The notes beneath the pieces were generated by a model, which saw only the letters and a program-made list of their open reading frames with translations, ran no database searches and had not been told where the DNA came from. Of a stretch of 64,000 nucleotides of DNA, positions 40,227 to 51,269 are shown one piece after another. The number at the start of each line of letters is the position of its first letter. Positions within the stretch are counted from its first letter, which is position 1. Source of the stretch: a virus; the IMG/VR virus record IMGVR_UViG_3300031521_000043, positions 1 to 64,000 of that record; one strand, 5' to 3'. Position numbers and translations under genes: made by a program.

Positions 40227-42215
40227 TTACAATACGGTTCCTTGAATATCGCTGTTTGGATATTTAACTTCAAATATTGATGGGTCTAATGAAGGATAAA
40301 TCATATCGTTTTGTGTCGCAGAGGCAATATCATACTCCACTGGTGAATAATTACCACCATTAGTAGTCAATGGCGTTTTATTTATAATATCCAAAGATAC
40401 TACGGTCTGTACTCCATCAACTTTAGCTATTTCCAACTTTAAACTACTGAGATTGATTGCTTGCGAAAATTCCCATTTATCGATAGCAAAAAAGTTTTGA
40501 ACAGCAGAAATACAGTTTGATAACACATCTTTCTTGTTATAGCCCTTAAACGTTGTAATCACAAACTCTACACCAATGTTAATAATATATCCATCTATAA
40601 CGTTAATACCATCAGTAAGCATTCTATAACGTCTTAGATAGGTCAGTAGATTTGTGACCAATGCTTCATTGGATTGTGTTAAATTTCCATTTTCATCAAA
40701 TGATAACATGTACAAATTCACAGAAAATGGATTACTTCTATCAAAAGCTATTTTTCTAAAATAGTTTTGGGTATTAGAATTATTAACTGTCGCTACGTTA
40801 TTTGAATCGACCGTTCCTGTTAAAATTTGATTTTGATTTACGTCCAAACTATTATAGGTTATAATTTGCGCCTTTGCAATGGAACCATATTTTGCTGGTA
40901 TAGCATATACTCTTGCTAGATAATCACTCTGAGTGACTATACGATTTTGAGAAGCAAATGATGCTATTGCATTTTGACGAATCATATCGTTACTCTCAGG
41001 GCCTGCGCCGCCTACGGTCGCCACGGAGTTATTTACTCGTAATGAGGTCTTGACAGTATTAAGCAAAGAAACTTGTTCAGGCGTCAATCCATCTAAATTG
41101 TTATTAATAGTTGATGCGTCAATGTTAATTATTGAATTTGAAGGTGAGTTTGATTCAAATCCACCGCCTACCGTATAGGTAACTGTTAAAGTTGTATTCG
41201 ATGGAGCCAAACCATATGTGTCGTTCTTTAAAAAGTTAGAAGGGTCTAATGACAAATTTAAATTATTGATATTTGACAAGCCAACTCCTACTTGTTGAGA
41301 ACTTAAGTTAATAATTTCATCAGCAAATCCGTCTGTTCCTGCTCCAAACTCTAAGAATGTTCTGTTGTTTTCGTCTACATTTACTGTAAATCTTTTTGAT
41401 GTTTTAAGATAATTCAAAATGTATGGAACTGTTCCTTGATATTGTGAAAGAATTCCTTGGTTGGCTTCATCATTTGGTACATCAGTTAATATCATTTCTT
41501 GAGATAAGAAATCTACTTGATGCCAGTTATTGTTATCAGCGTCAACGACGCTTATAATTTCCAACACATTATCTTCGTCAAGATACAAATCCAAATAAGA
41601 TTGCATATCCCCAACAGTAAATGTTTTTGTAACAACTCTTCCTGAACGAACATTGACCGTTTTTTGAAGTAAAAAGAATGTTGGAATGCCTGTAGAATCT
41701 CTCTGATATACAGATGATGTAAGTGGAGATAGGTTTGTATTAACCGAAAAATCCAATGATGTAGAAGTTAAAAATGAAGACCCTACGTTATTAGATACTT
41801 GCATGTTTTCTTGAATACTCAATGCATAGTTATTGTCAGGAATATAACTTCCATTATTATTTGTAGTAGCAGGACAAATTTGAAATACGTCTACTGTTCC
41901 TGTTGCGCCTTTTGCTGGAGAAGTGGTATAACCCAAATATCTAGCCAATGCAATAATATTTTTTCTTTCTGTCGTATTATATAAAAGACCTTCTTTAAAA
42001 GTATAATCGGTATAATATGACAAAACATCTCCAACATAAGATGCCATGTCTATAAACATCATTCCTGGTGCAGCATCATTAAAATCTGCGTAGGTATTAG
42101 GATAGTAATATTTAGCAAAATTAATTAAATTCTCACGAAAAGCCGAGAAATCTTTGTTAAGATATCTTACATCTTTGCTGCCCGGCTGAAATGATTTTTG
42201 TATTGTTGTGGACAT
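40227..42215 (-). CDS. Baseplate wedge protein (T4 gp6-like)
   Basis: YLNKDF, YVGDVLSYY, LEFGAG, GGAGPES and QNRIVTQSDY motifs. Confidence 0.9.
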   Translation of the reverse strand: MSTTIQKSFQPGSKDVRYLNKDFSAFRENLINFAKYYYPNTYADFNDAAPGMMFIDMASYVGDVLSYYTDYTFKEGLLYNTTERKNIIALARYLGYTTSPAKGATGTVDVFQICPATTNNNGSYIPDNNYALSIQENMQVSNNVGSSFLTSTSLDFSVNTNLSPLTSSVYQRDSTGIPTFFLLQKTVNVRSGRVVTKTFTVGDMQSYLDLYLDEDNVLEIISVVDADNNNWHQVDFLSQEMILTDVPNDEANQGILSQYQGTVPYILNYLKTSKRFTVNVDENNRTFLEFGAGTDGFADEIINLSSQQVGVGLSNINNLNLSLDPSNFLKNDTYGLAPSNTTLTVTYTVGGGFESNSPSNSIINIDASTINNNLDGLTPEQVSLLNTVKTSLRVNNSVATVGGAGPESNDMIRQNAIASFASQNRIVTQSDYLARVYAIPAKYGSIAKAQIITYNSLDVNQNQILTGTVDSNNVATVNNSNTQNYFRKIAFDRSNPFSVNLYMLSFDENGNLTQSNEALVTNLLTYLRRYRMLTDGINVIDGYIINIGVEFVITTFKGYNKKDVLSNCISAVQNFFAIDKWEFSQAINLSSLKLEIAKVDGVQTVVSLDIINKTPLTTNGGNYSPVEYDIASATQNDMIYPSLDPSIFEVKYPNSDIQGTVL

Positions 42216-42216
42216 A

Positions 42217-42657
42217 TTACATCGTTGCATTGTTGATTGTTACTATCACAGTATCCGTCTGTTTTGTCAAATTTACAGTGAATGTTACAACAATCTTTAA
42301 CATATAAATATCAACATTATTTGATATTTCGTTACTTGTTAATAGATTTGCTGTAATATCGTTAACTGTGACATTTGGTATCCACGCCGAAATGTCTTCA
42401 CTTACTACGTTTATCGCTTGTTCTTTTAGTGTTTCTTGATTTTGTTCAAACACCAAATTCCATAAACGAGTTCCAAATGTTGGTTGGAATCGTCTTTCCC
42501 CCTGACGAGTATTAAGTAAATTTACTATATTTGTCTTGATTTGAGTCAACGTATCGAAAGATTGAGCAAAATATCCTGTATTTCCGTCTTGAATTGGAAT
42601 AGTAATTCCAATCGGTTTTGCGGAAACCGTTTTCGATTGTGTAGTTGTTCTTGCCAT
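42217..42657 (-). CDS. Baseplate protein (gp25/GPW-like)
   Basis: NLLNTRQGERRFQPTFGTRL. Confidence 0.92.
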   Translation of the reverse strand: MARTTTQSKTVSAKPIGITIPIQDGNTGYFAQSFDTLTQIKTNIVNLLNTRQGERRFQPTFGTRLWNLVFEQNQETLKEQAINVVSEDISAWIPNVTVNDITANLLTSNEISNNVDIYMLKIVVTFTVNLTKQTDTVIVTINNATM

Positions 42658-42662
42658 AATAA

Positions 42663-43211
42663 TTATCCCATTGATACCCTACTTGGGTCGATACATCCAC
42701 CGGTTTTTTTACTTTCGTCAATTTTCTTCAAAACTGCCCTAAAATCTTTTTTAAATACGTTCTTCAATACATCAGGAATTTCATTTCCTGAATCTAATAC
42801 GGATTTTTGTTGTGGAATCATAGGAGAACTCCCGACCATTTGTTTTATAAATGCCATATTTGTTTTAGGCTGTACAACTCCAACATCTTCAGTATTACCT
42901 ACTTTATCAAATTCTCCGCCCATTAATTCGGCTAAATTAGATGATAAATCTTGTCTTGGTAATGGTCGAGAGTATCTTGCCGTCTCAGATAATACAGAGT
43001 TTAGTTTTGGATTCTTGGTATGAATTACTTCCGGAATAACTTCCTCTTCTTCGACTTGTTCTTCTAGTTTTGGTTTATCATTAGATTTTATTTCTTTAAC
43101 CATTTCAACCAACACCTTTCCCATTGCTTTACTTACTTCTTCAGCAACGGCCTTTCTAACTTCCTCTCTTACGAGTCCTCTTATAGCTTTTTTTAAATCA
43201 TCTATTTTCAT
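42663..43211 (-). CDS. Hypothetical protein
   Basis: MKIDDLKKAIRGLVREEV leader. Confidence 0.65.
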   Translation of the reverse strand: MKIDDLKKAIRGLVREEVRKAVAEEVSKAMGKVLVEMVKEIKSNDKPKLEEQVEEEEVIPEVIHTKNPKLNSVLSETARYSRPLPRQDLSSNLAELMGGEFDKVGNTEDVGVVQPKTNMAFIKQMVGSSPMIPQQKSVLDSGNEIPDVLKNVFKKDFRAVLKKIDESKKTGGCIDPSRVSMG

Positions 43212-43229
43212 AATTTTGTGTGTGTTTTA

Positions 43230-45335
43230 TTATACAAATCTAGTTACATTTCCTCTGGATGTTGTTAATAATTTATTTTGTTTTTCTACTTTAGTTACTT
43301 CTGTTTGTGCAACTGACACTGACGATTGAGCTGCTTTCTTTTGAGAATCTGCCAAGTTTGCATAATATTTTGATTTATCAGCTGCATCTTTAGCTTGTTC
43401 CTCTACTTTTATTCTCAAAAGTTCATTGTCTGTTGATGATGCGGTATCAGATGCAATTTTTGCAGTCTTTGCATATTGTTCAGCTAACATTGCATTTGTG
43501 TTTGCTAAACTTGATTGTTGTTTAACCACAATCAAAGCATTTGATACTATAGAATCATTTACTCTTTTAGATAAATTAGTCACATCAGTAACCGCTTTTA
43601 CAGCATCAGCCGCAGACGACTTTGCTGCTGCCGCTGAATCGGCCGCAGACTTTGCTGCTGCCGCCGTATCAATAATTTCGGTTTGCATCTGTTGTTTTTC
43701 AGATGAACTATATTTTCTGTTTACACCATTCCATCCTCCAGGAATGCCAGTTCCAGATGGAATAGTTATAGATACTGGCGGAACTCCATTCGGAATACTT
43801 CCTCCATTCTGACCTGGAGCATATCCGCCGCCGACCACAAATACTCGTCTACTCATTAACAAATTCAATTTATCTCTTAATACAGTTAAAGATGCAGCTT
43901 CAACTGTCATTTGTGTTGATGGTGGGTCGGATTGACCTACATTTGGATGTGTATGTTTATACCAGTGGGTATGAATTAACAGCCAGTTACACAAATCATA
44001 TAACCAATTAACTGACGTCTGTCCTAACAATACAGGCTCATTAGTTTGATTATACTCTCCTAAATAAATAGCCGGGGAATTTAAGACCGTTTTGTTATTT
44101 GTAGTAATAACTATCTGATTTTGGGCGTCAACAGTATACTCATCATCGGTTACAAAAGACATTCTTTTCTTTGAATATTGAAACATTTCATTCTTTTTAG
44201 CAGAAATTATGATTCTATCACTGTTCATTACCATCTGGTCACCAATGAGTTTTGGATAAATAAAGGAAGTTATTCCATTAAATTGTGGTTGTTCTTCAGA
44301 CCCAACTCCCCACATTTTCTTAATACATGTGGTCTGAAATTGACTAAATGTTACGCCTGATGTAAGATGTATAGATGAACCATCATTGTTTATATCTTCC
44401 AACATATATCCACCAACATTTTTCTCTTCTTCAGTAGTCTTACTCAATGGTCTTTGTCGATTTCTTATCAAAAACATTGGATTTCCGCCGCCACACTCAG
44501 TCTTTGGAGAATTTGCAGAACCAGTCCACGGATTCATAATTCCATTGCCTTTATAATCAGTATAACCACTAAAATCAAAATTATAACCTCTATCGTTATT
44601 TCTATCATCGTCGTAAGCAGCGAACCTTATTGACTGACCAAAGCGGCTTTCAAATATTAAATCTCCTTCTCTTCGTTTAAGTGAACGAATACGTGGATTG
44701 TAGTAAAAATATCTTCCTAATACTCCAGAATATCCTATACTTCCTATTAGATTTAGTTTGGAATTAGGACCGGAATAAGGAATGCTTGGGTCGGTAGTTT
44801 TTAAAATTAATTCACGATTACCATGAACAGCCTGAGATGCTAAATTATTAGACCTAAATCCACCTGCGTTTATTTCTACATTAAAATCGGCATCTGCATT
44901 TACTGTATTGAATGTATTAATTTTTCTGGTGTAATAATATTGACCAAGATAAAACACAACTCCAACCATTTCGTTTAACAGCGGATACTCTGAAATGTTT
45001 GATTCTAAAGGCATTGCCCAAATCAAATTTTCTTTTTCTACATTAGACTGATTATAAATTAATCTTACCAATGCACGACCGACCCACGTATAATCTTTAT
45101 CATCTTTTGATGCAGGCCTACCATTTATATCAACTGGCCATTGGTCTGGATTTAATTTAAAACTCTTACTTGTGAAGTAGGAATGATTTTTATCGAGGAT
45201 AATATCAAGAACCACGGCGGGTTCTATTTCATAAAATTCGTCAGATAGGGACGATTTTGTTCCATATCTTGAAGACAATGAGGTGGAGTCTAAAGATGGA
45301 GAAGATGTACTAGATTTTCTATTCCAATATGACAT
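43230..45335 (-). CDS. Baseplate hub/central spike (gp5/gpV-like) with Ala-rich C-terminal extension
   Basis: EGDLIFESRFGQSIRF, NSDRIII, EPVLLG and HTHWYKHTH motifs. Confidence 0.7.
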   Translation of the reverse strand: MSYWNRKSSTSSPSLDSTSLSSRYGTKSSLSDEFYEIEPAVVLDIILDKNHSYFTSKSFKLNPDQWPVDINGRPASKDDKDYTWVGRALVRLIYNQSNVEKENLIWAMPLESNISEYPLLNEMVGVVFYLGQYYYTRKINTFNTVNADADFNVEINAGGFRSNNLASQAVHGNRELILKTTDPSIPYSGPNSKLNLIGSIGYSGVLGRYFYYNPRIRSLKRREGDLIFESRFGQSIRFAAYDDDRNNDRGYNFDFSGYTDYKGNGIMNPWTGSANSPKTECGGGNPMFLIRNRQRPLSKTTEEEKNVGGYMLEDINNDGSSIHLTSGVTFSQFQTTCIKKMWGVGSEEQPQFNGITSFIYPKLIGDQMVMNSDRIIISAKKNEMFQYSKKRMSFVTDDEYTVDAQNQIVITTNNKTVLNSPAIYLGEYNQTNEPVLLGQTSVNWLYDLCNWLLIHTHWYKHTHPNVGQSDPPSTQMTVEAASLTVLRDKLNLLMSRRVFVVGGGYAPGQNGGSIPNGVPPVSITIPSGTGIPGGWNGVNRKYSSSEKQQMQTEIIDTAAAAKSAADSAAAAKSSAADAVKAVTDVTNLSKRVNDSIVSNALIVVKQQSSLANTNAMLAEQYAKTAKIASDTASSTDNELLRIKVEEQAKDAADKSKYYANLADSQKKAAQSSVSVAQTEVTKVEKQNKLLTTSRGNVTRFV

Positions 45336-45337
45336 AG

Positions 45338-45712
45338 TTATTCTTTAGATATCTTTTTTATTTCTACTGGAGCGCAATTTGCTATATCATTAATAGATGA
45401 CATCAAAGCTTTCTTTTCTTCTTCTGATAGTCCCATAGAACCTCCGCCTGCCTCTGATGTAGCTTGTGCGGACATAATTCTTTGACAAATTTGCGCCAAT
45501 TTAACTAAATGTTCATCGTTGGAAATTCCTGCGTCAATATATTGTTTGATTAGTGGGACTACCTGCATTGCATCGTTAATGGTTTTAATCATTGGACGCA
45601 AATCAGATATAAAGATTTCAATCTGTTCTTTTCGATTAGATTGATTTGTTACAATATCTTTACATAAATCCTTGAAGGATTTGCCATCATATAAGTCTAA
45701 GTCTATATCCAT
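45338..45712 (-). CDS. Helical hypothetical protein
   Basis: 124 aa; TATTTATA 6 nt upstream. Confidence 0.65.
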   Translation of the reverse strand: MDIDLDLYDGKSFKDLCKDIVTNQSNRKEQIEIFISDLRPMIKTINDAMQVVPLIKQYIDAGISNDEHLVKLAQICQRIMSAQATSEAGGGSMGLSEEEKKALMSSINDIANCAPVEIKKISKE

Positions 45713-45744
45713 ACGCCCTATAAATAGAAACGTATGGATGTTTA

Positions 45745-46692
45745 TTAGACCTTTATGTAATTTTCAGTATTTATAGAACCTTTATTCGTATAAGAACGAG
45801 AAATATTACTCTGATATTGTTTCATTTTGTTAATTACTTTTGTAATTTGTTGCGTTTTACAAGATGAAATTTCTCTAATATACAAATATAATGCTTTTTT
45901 ATTAAAGGCATCGATTCTATCTGAACTACGAAACAACTCAATTACTGCGTTAGCAATGTCCAAATCACGTTGTTTTGTAAAAATTTTACCTACATTATTT
46001 TCCCAAAACTTTATCATCAGCCTAATAAATTCACGCATTTCTTCATCTTTATGATGAGAATCTTCAGTCTGTAATTGAACTGTATGTTCATCATGTTCTT
46101 CCCCAATTTCTACATGTTGGTTTCGTCTTTTATATGTAGAATTATTTAAAGCTATTAAATAATGTTTTGCAATAATAGAAAAATATGAAAACGCTTTACC
46201 TTTGCCTGCCTCGAATTTATGCATATTTGACACCAAATGTGATACAGTTTCTTTTTGAACATCTAGTGGGCCTGTTTCAAAATAACTAAATTTAAACGTA
46301 TTGAATATATTTTCCACTAATTTTTCAAATGGATATTTGATTTTTGTATTATAAATTTCTTCCCTTACTTGCAAATCATCAGTTGCGTTGTATTTAATAA
46401 TATAATCTTCAGTATCTTGGGTAAAATACATTTTATCTGTAGTGATTCCACTTTTACTTTTTCTACCACGTTTTTTTGGTAGGATTGGAGGTAAAATGCT
46501 CGGAGGTACAATAATTGGAGGCAAAGTTAATGTTAACGGTATGCTTTCTGTGACATTTGTTATAGGAGTAGTTTTTACTCTTTTTTTGTATTGTTTTGTA
46601 ACTCTTTTTTTATGTTTGATTGTAACTTTCTTTTGTTTTTTAACAATAGATTTATGTACACGACGAACCTTTAGAATTTTCTTTTTTTTCAT
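45745..46692 (-). CDS. Putative late-transcription sigma factor (gp55-like) with basic N-terminal extension
   Basis: MYFTQDTE and KFEAGKGKAFSYFSIIAKHYLI (sigma region 2-like). Confidence 0.65.
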   Translation of the reverse strand: MKKKKILKVRRVHKSIVKKQKKVTIKHKKRVTKQYKKRVKTTPITNVTESIPLTLTLPPIIVPPSILPPILPKKRGRKSKSGITTDKMYFTQDTEDYIIKYNATDDLQVREEIYNTKIKYPFEKLVENIFNTFKFSYFETGPLDVQKETVSHLVSNMHKFEAGKGKAFSYFSIIAKHYLIALNNSTYKRRNQHVEIGEEHDEHTVQLQTEDSHHKDEEMREFIRLMIKFWENNVGKIFTKQRDLDIANAVIELFRSSDRIDAFNKKALYLYIREISSCKTQQITKVINKMKQYQSNISRSYTNKGSINTENYIKV

Positions 46693-46698
46693 AGAGAC

Positions 46699-46995
46699 TT
46701 ATTCCTCTTCAATTTCTTCTGTCGTTTCCTCGGTTCTATCGTTTAGACTCTTAATAAGAATCTTCATGTCTTGAAACACAATACCAACATCGTCATCTTT
46801 TTCAAACATTTGTTTGTCGTCAAGCATCTTCATGTGAGCCCAAACCTTAAAGACTTGTTCTCTCCAATCAGATATCCAATCGACATAAAGTTCGTTTATA
46901 GCCAATTGACGCTCGCCGGCTTTCCAAAGAAAGACGTTAGCAACGATAGACCCAATCAACAACACCGTTAATAATATAACCAAAAAAATTAGCAT
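46699..46995 (-). CDS. Small membrane-anchored protein
   Basis: N-terminal hydrophobic helix. Confidence 0.65.
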   Translation of the reverse strand: MLIFLVILLTVLLIGSIVANVFLWKAGERQLAINELYVDWISDWREQVFKVWAHMKMLDDKQMFEKDDDVGIVFQDMKILIKSLNDRTEETTEEIEEE

Positions 46996-47000
46996 GATGC

Positions 47001-47135
47001 TTATTCTTCTTCATATTGGGGTTCGTCTTGGAATTCTTGAACATATTCAAAAACTTCCATTACTAAATCCCAATCGTTTCTTTTTATGGCCTTTGTTAAG
47101 GACTCAACTATGTAATTTATATCTGTTTGATTCAT
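47001..47135 (-). CDS. Small acidic hypothetical protein (44 aa)
   Basis: Manual translation MNQTDINYIVESLTKAIKRNDWDLVMEVFEYVQEFQDEPQYEEE. Confidence 0.55.
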   Translation of the reverse strand: MNQTDINYIVESLTKAIKRNDWDLVMEVFEYVQEFQDEPQYEEE

Positions 47136-47253
47136 CGTAGATTGCTAATGATTATAGCAATCGTGACATACATAGTTTAGTAATTAATCAAATGCTTAAA
47201 AATTTTAACTTTCTAAGTTTAGTATGTATTATTATTTTTGGCAAGTACCAAGT

Positions 47254-48240
47254 TTAGTTAATCTTAAACATCTGTTTAAAAAAATCACTCATTTCATTTT
47301 TTTTATGATGTGATTCTTCTATTTTTTGCTCGATTGGAAGTGGAGTCGAAGGTTCTGGTAAGATTGTCGGTTGGACTACTGTCTGTATTGATTGTATTGG
47401 TTCCGAAGGAATTTGTGGTAATTTATCATATACCGATTCATCTTCTTTTTTATATACAGCTACGTTATATGCTAAAATTAAACAAATAGCAAGAGGGTCA
47501 AATACAAATATAATACCTAAAATAAACCATTTTACTACAGTATCTAATGGCAATTTCAATGCATCTGCAACAAATTTAAAAGTTTGAATATCTTTTTTGT
47601 TTGCGGTTCCTAATTTTAATTCGTTAACTTGATTGTCAATTTTAGAAATACCATCTATTGAATCTTGTATTTTTGTATTTTCGTCTTTAATATTTTTATC
47701 CGTATCATTTATTAAATCGACATTCTGTTGTTGAAGTTGTTTTAATTGTACAGGATTTCGTGCAATATATTCATTAGTTAACACTTGTGACATCCTAGAT
47801 TCTTCAGACGAACGAAGAACAGTCAAATCGGCTATTCTTTTTTTAGATGCATCAATCTTATCATGAAAATACGATTTTTGATTTTCTATGGATGTAATTT
47901 TTTCTTGTGTAACATTAAACTCGATAGACGATTTTTGATATGCGGCTGATAAATATCCAAAAATTCCCAATGATGTAATAACCATTAACACTATTATGGC
48001 GATGACTAAGTAAGTCTTTAAAAATCCTGTACATTTTGTCCAGTATCTATATAAAAATGTCGTTCCTACTAACTTGCCGATTTCTAATGATGATGCCATT
48101 ACCATTGCGGATATAGAAGCTCCTGCAAATAACGTAGCAATACCGTATACACTAAAAAACGCCGCACACAGAGCTATTAACAATGCGGAAACTCCTAATA
48201 TTAACGGAAATTTAGAATGAGGCAATAGTTTGTCTTTCAT
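47254..48240 (-). CDS. Membrane protein with TM helices and coiled coil
   Basis: SLEIGKLV, ITSLGIFGYLS and IIFVFDPLA motifs. Confidence 0.75.
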   Translation of the reverse strand: MKDKLLPHSKFPLILGVSALLIALCAAFFSVYGIATLFAGASISAMVMASSLEIGKLVGTTFLYRYWTKCTGFLKTYLVIAIIVLMVITSLGIFGYLSAAYQKSSIEFNVTQEKITSIENQKSYFHDKIDASKKRIADLTVLRSSEESRMSQVLTNEYIARNPVQLKQLQQQNVDLINDTDKNIKDENTKIQDSIDGISKIDNQVNELKLGTANKKDIQTFKFVADALKLPLDTVVKWFILGIIFVFDPLAICLILAYNVAVYKKEDESVYDKLPQIPSEPIQSIQTVVQPTILPEPSTPLPIEQKIEESHHKKNEMSDFFKQMFKIN

Positions 48241-48241
48241 T

Positions 48242-49258
48242 TTATAATTGATATCCTACCATAGCAACAGCCCAACCATTGTTAAAATTTGAACCTTGCC
48301 TATTAAAGAAAATAGTACCATCGGTATTTAATGGAAAAATTCCTTGTGATGCTCCAATGCCAGCTCCAGAACCTCCGCCTTGGCCGCCAGTCATTAACAA
48401 AAATTTACTAGATGAATTCGTCAATTGGATGTAGACGTATCCAGCAACACCTCCGTTTTGACTGTCAGAATGGGAACCAATTAAAATAACAGTTGAAGCA
48501 TTTATTGGAGTTGTTGTATTTGATACCACATTCCAAGCTCCACTTATTGGAGTCGTTATTGCGGCGGTATATACCGCATTTGAATAATTTGCTCCAGGGA
48601 ATGATTGTGATACATGTTGGCCTACAAAATTTGGATTTGTATATGGATATGCGCATCCATAAGCAATAACATACGGAGTATTAAAAAACACTATACTACT
48701 TTTTGAACTTACGGCATATGATGCAGTTAAAGCGTTAGATGAACTTATGGCATATGATGCAGTAGTAGCGACGGAGGCATTCGTAGAATTTGATGAGTTT
48801 GAGGAATACGATGATGTTACGGCATATGATGCAGTTAAAGCGTTAGATGAACTTAATGAACTACTTGCATATGATGAAGATTTAGCAAATAGCGATTGTG
48901 ACGCCCAAGATGATGACACAGAAGTAGAAGTTCCACCCAATACAGATAATGCAAAAGACGATGTTATTGCAAAGCTGGAGGTTATAGACATCGATGCAGT
49001 TGAATTGTTAGGATATATCAAATAACTAGAACTTTTTGATGTATTGCTATTGGCAGACAAACTACTTGAAATTGAATATGATGATGATATAGATGAAAAT
49101 GATGCATTAGATGTCACCGAGGATGAAATCCAATTAGCTATCGTCTGTAATGGTGTATTGAATGTTGTAGTTGTAGATTGTTGAACAATCGGTATATAAT
49201 CACTTGACGATACTACATTTAAAGGATTTAGTTGACTAATTGGTATGCTTGTTGCCAT
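48242..49258 (-). CDS. Tail fibre-like protein with TASYA repeats
   Basis: ISQL N-terminus; Ser/Ala-rich repeats. Confidence 0.65.
   Translation of the reverse strand: MATSIPISQLNPLNVVSSSDYIPIVQQSTTTTFNTPLQTIANWISSSVTSNASFSSISSSYSISSSLSANSNTSKSSSYLIYPNNSTASMSITSSFAITSSFALSVLGGTSTSVSSSWASQSLFAKSSSYASSSLSSSNALTASYAVTSSYSSNSSNSTNASVATTASYAISSSNALTASYAVSSKSSIVFFNTPYVIAYGCAYPYTNPNFVGQHVSQSFPGANYSNAVYTAAITTPISGAWNVVSNTTTPINASTVILIGSHSDSQNGGVAGYVYIQLTNSSSKFLLMTGGQGGGSGAGIGASQGIFPLNTDGTIFFNRQGSNFNNGWAVAMVGYQL
48709..48855. repeat. 39-bp exact direct repeat within a fibre gene
   Basis: ttacggcatatgatgcagttaaagcgttagatgaactta at 48709-48747 and 48817-48855. Confidence 0.85.
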
Positions 49259-49262
49259 ATTT

Positions 49263-51266
49263 TTATATATCGTATAATGTTGTCCACGCAAATGTATTAT
49301 TTAAAGTCGTAACATTTGTTAATGATGTAAGACTTAAAGTTCCATTGCCTCTTATATCAAGAGTTCCACTTACCATTCCATTTGATACTAAATTTGATGT
49401 TATATTATCTATGGCAACTGTAGAAAAACTACAACTATATGCTGATAAATATGACATACTAAGTGGTAGTGACGGTAAAAGTTGTATAGGGTTGTTATTT
49501 ATTGACAAATAACTTAACGATATAGGAAGTATAACAGATGTTAAATTATTATTGGTAAATGACATAGTCGTTACCGTGATTGGCATGCTGGATATATTAC
49601 TAATAGTGTTAAAACTTCCATTTATACTAATCATTCCATATGGTAAACTTATAGGCAATGATGATAGATTATTATGAGAACAATCCAAATATGACAACGT
49701 CACAGGTAAATTTAACGAAGTTAAAACATTACTTGAACAATCCAAATATGACATTGAATTTGGAAAATTTGGCAATGAAGTCAACATATTGTGACTACAA
49801 TTAAGAAAATTCAATGATGATGATTCAAATGTATAAAAAGACGATATCAAACAATTTGAACAAGATAAATAAGTCAAAGAATTAGGTACACCGCTAATGT
49901 AAGATAATAATGTGTTATTTGAAAATGTTGAAGCCGTCACATTTTGTAATAACCAAAAATACTTTATAGAATAGAAGTTTTGATTTGATGCATTTATTGT
50001 GTATATCTGTTTTCCTAAAGACATTGAATATTGTAATCCAACGGTATTATCAGTGAATGGGCCTCCATCTGTAGATGTAAAAGTAAACGTGGCAGTATTT
50101 GATGGATATACATCAAAACTAATAGGTTCGTTTGAATATTCAGAAAAGTTATCACTCTCACTTTGAATATTAAACCTAGATGTTCTTGTTGAATCTATTT
50201 CTAAATTATTTGATGCGCTAATAAATACCATATAAGACCCATACAATGATGCTTGACCCATTAATGAGAATGGTTGTTTTATCGAACCACTATCATAATT
50301 TCCCCAAGTTCCCAGCGTAGGACTTAATTTAAAATCTATAGAAGTAGAATCTAACACAGTTTGCATACCTGTGTTTCTATCCAACACGGCCATATATAAT
50401 ATACCTGTGGTTGGAGCTGATGAAGTAAATGGAATTTTTAAAGTTCCCATTGATTCAATTGGTGTTCTTGCGCTTCCTGATGTTGACCAGAAAATATCTA
50501 CAGTATCCAATTGAGATTTTGTTGCAGATTGTGTATTTGCTAAGAATACGCCTTGACAACTTATAATATTAGCAAATGATTTTGCCTTCAAAGCGTATGA
50601 TGCAGTACCATTGTTTGGCGATGATATCAAATAACTGGAAGAATTAGAAAATCCCGAATTTGCTACTTGAGCAACAAATGCGTATGATGCGGTAGCAATT
50701 GACGCTCCCGTTGTGTTGTTTAAATATGATGCGGTGTCTGCATTAACTGCATTATTTACTTGGCCTGTTTTAATTGCATATGATGCGGTTCCATTGTCTC
50801 CGCCGAAATATAACAATTTAGATGTAACATTCGATGTTACAGAATTTGCTGCAATTAAAGCATATGATGCCGTTCCGTTTGGAACGCCTGAATATATCAA
50901 AAATGATGATGAGTTAGAACTATTATTTAAAGCGAATGACGCCGTTTGTGCGAAGTCTGCGAATGACGCACTTGTTGCGTTTGTTGCTGTATTTGCCTGG
51001 TTTGCGTTTAATGCTACTAATGCCGTGTTGGCATTATATGAGTTAAGTACATACCCATCTACGTTACTACCTAAAACATATGATGCTGTTCCTGCGTTTA
51101 CGACTACGCTGCCTGTACCACGAATCCAAATATCTAACTCCGAGGCTTTAATTCGTTTTGATTCTCTAGCAGTAACATCAATTATTAGAAATAAGTCATT
51201 GGGTTGAACTTCCGCTGACGTCAATTCTACTAACTGTGATACTCTTTTATTTCCTGTTGTTGGCAT
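49263..51266 (-). CDS. Tail fibre-like protein with NGTASYA repeats and C-terminal LRR domain
   Basis: RVSQL N-terminus; LxxLDCSxNxLTSLP repeats. Confidence 0.75.
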   Translation of the reverse strand: MPTTGNKRVSQLVELTSAEVQPNDLFLIIDVTARESKRIKASELDIWIRGTGSVVVNAGTASYVLGSNVDGYVLNSYNANTALVALNANQANTATNATSASFADFAQTASFALNNSSNSSSFLIYSGVPNGTASYALIAANSVTSNVTSKLLYFGGDNGTASYAIKTGQVNNAVNADTASYLNNTTGASIATASYAFVAQVANSGFSNSSSYLISSPNNGTASYALKAKSFANIISCQGVFLANTQSATKSQLDTVDIFWSTSGSARTPIESMGTLKIPFTSSAPTTGILYMAVLDRNTGMQTVLDSTSIDFKLSPTLGTWGNYDSGSIKQPFSLMGQASLYGSYMVFISASNNLEIDSTRTSRFNIQSESDNFSEYSNEPISFDVYPSNTATFTFTSTDGGPFTDNTVGLQYSMSLGKQIYTINASNQNFYSIKYFWLLQNVTASTFSNNTLLSYISGVPNSLTYLSCSNCLISSFYTFESSSLNFLNCSHNMLTSLPNFPNSMSYLDCSSNVLTSLNLPVTLSYLDCSHNNLSSLPISLPYGMISINGSFNTISNISSMPITVTTMSFTNNNLTSVILPISLSYLSINNNPIQLLPSLPLSMSYLSAYSCSFSTVAIDNITSNLVSNGMVSGTLDIRGNGTLSLTSLTNVTTLNNTFAWTTLYDI

Positions 51267-51269
51267 AAA

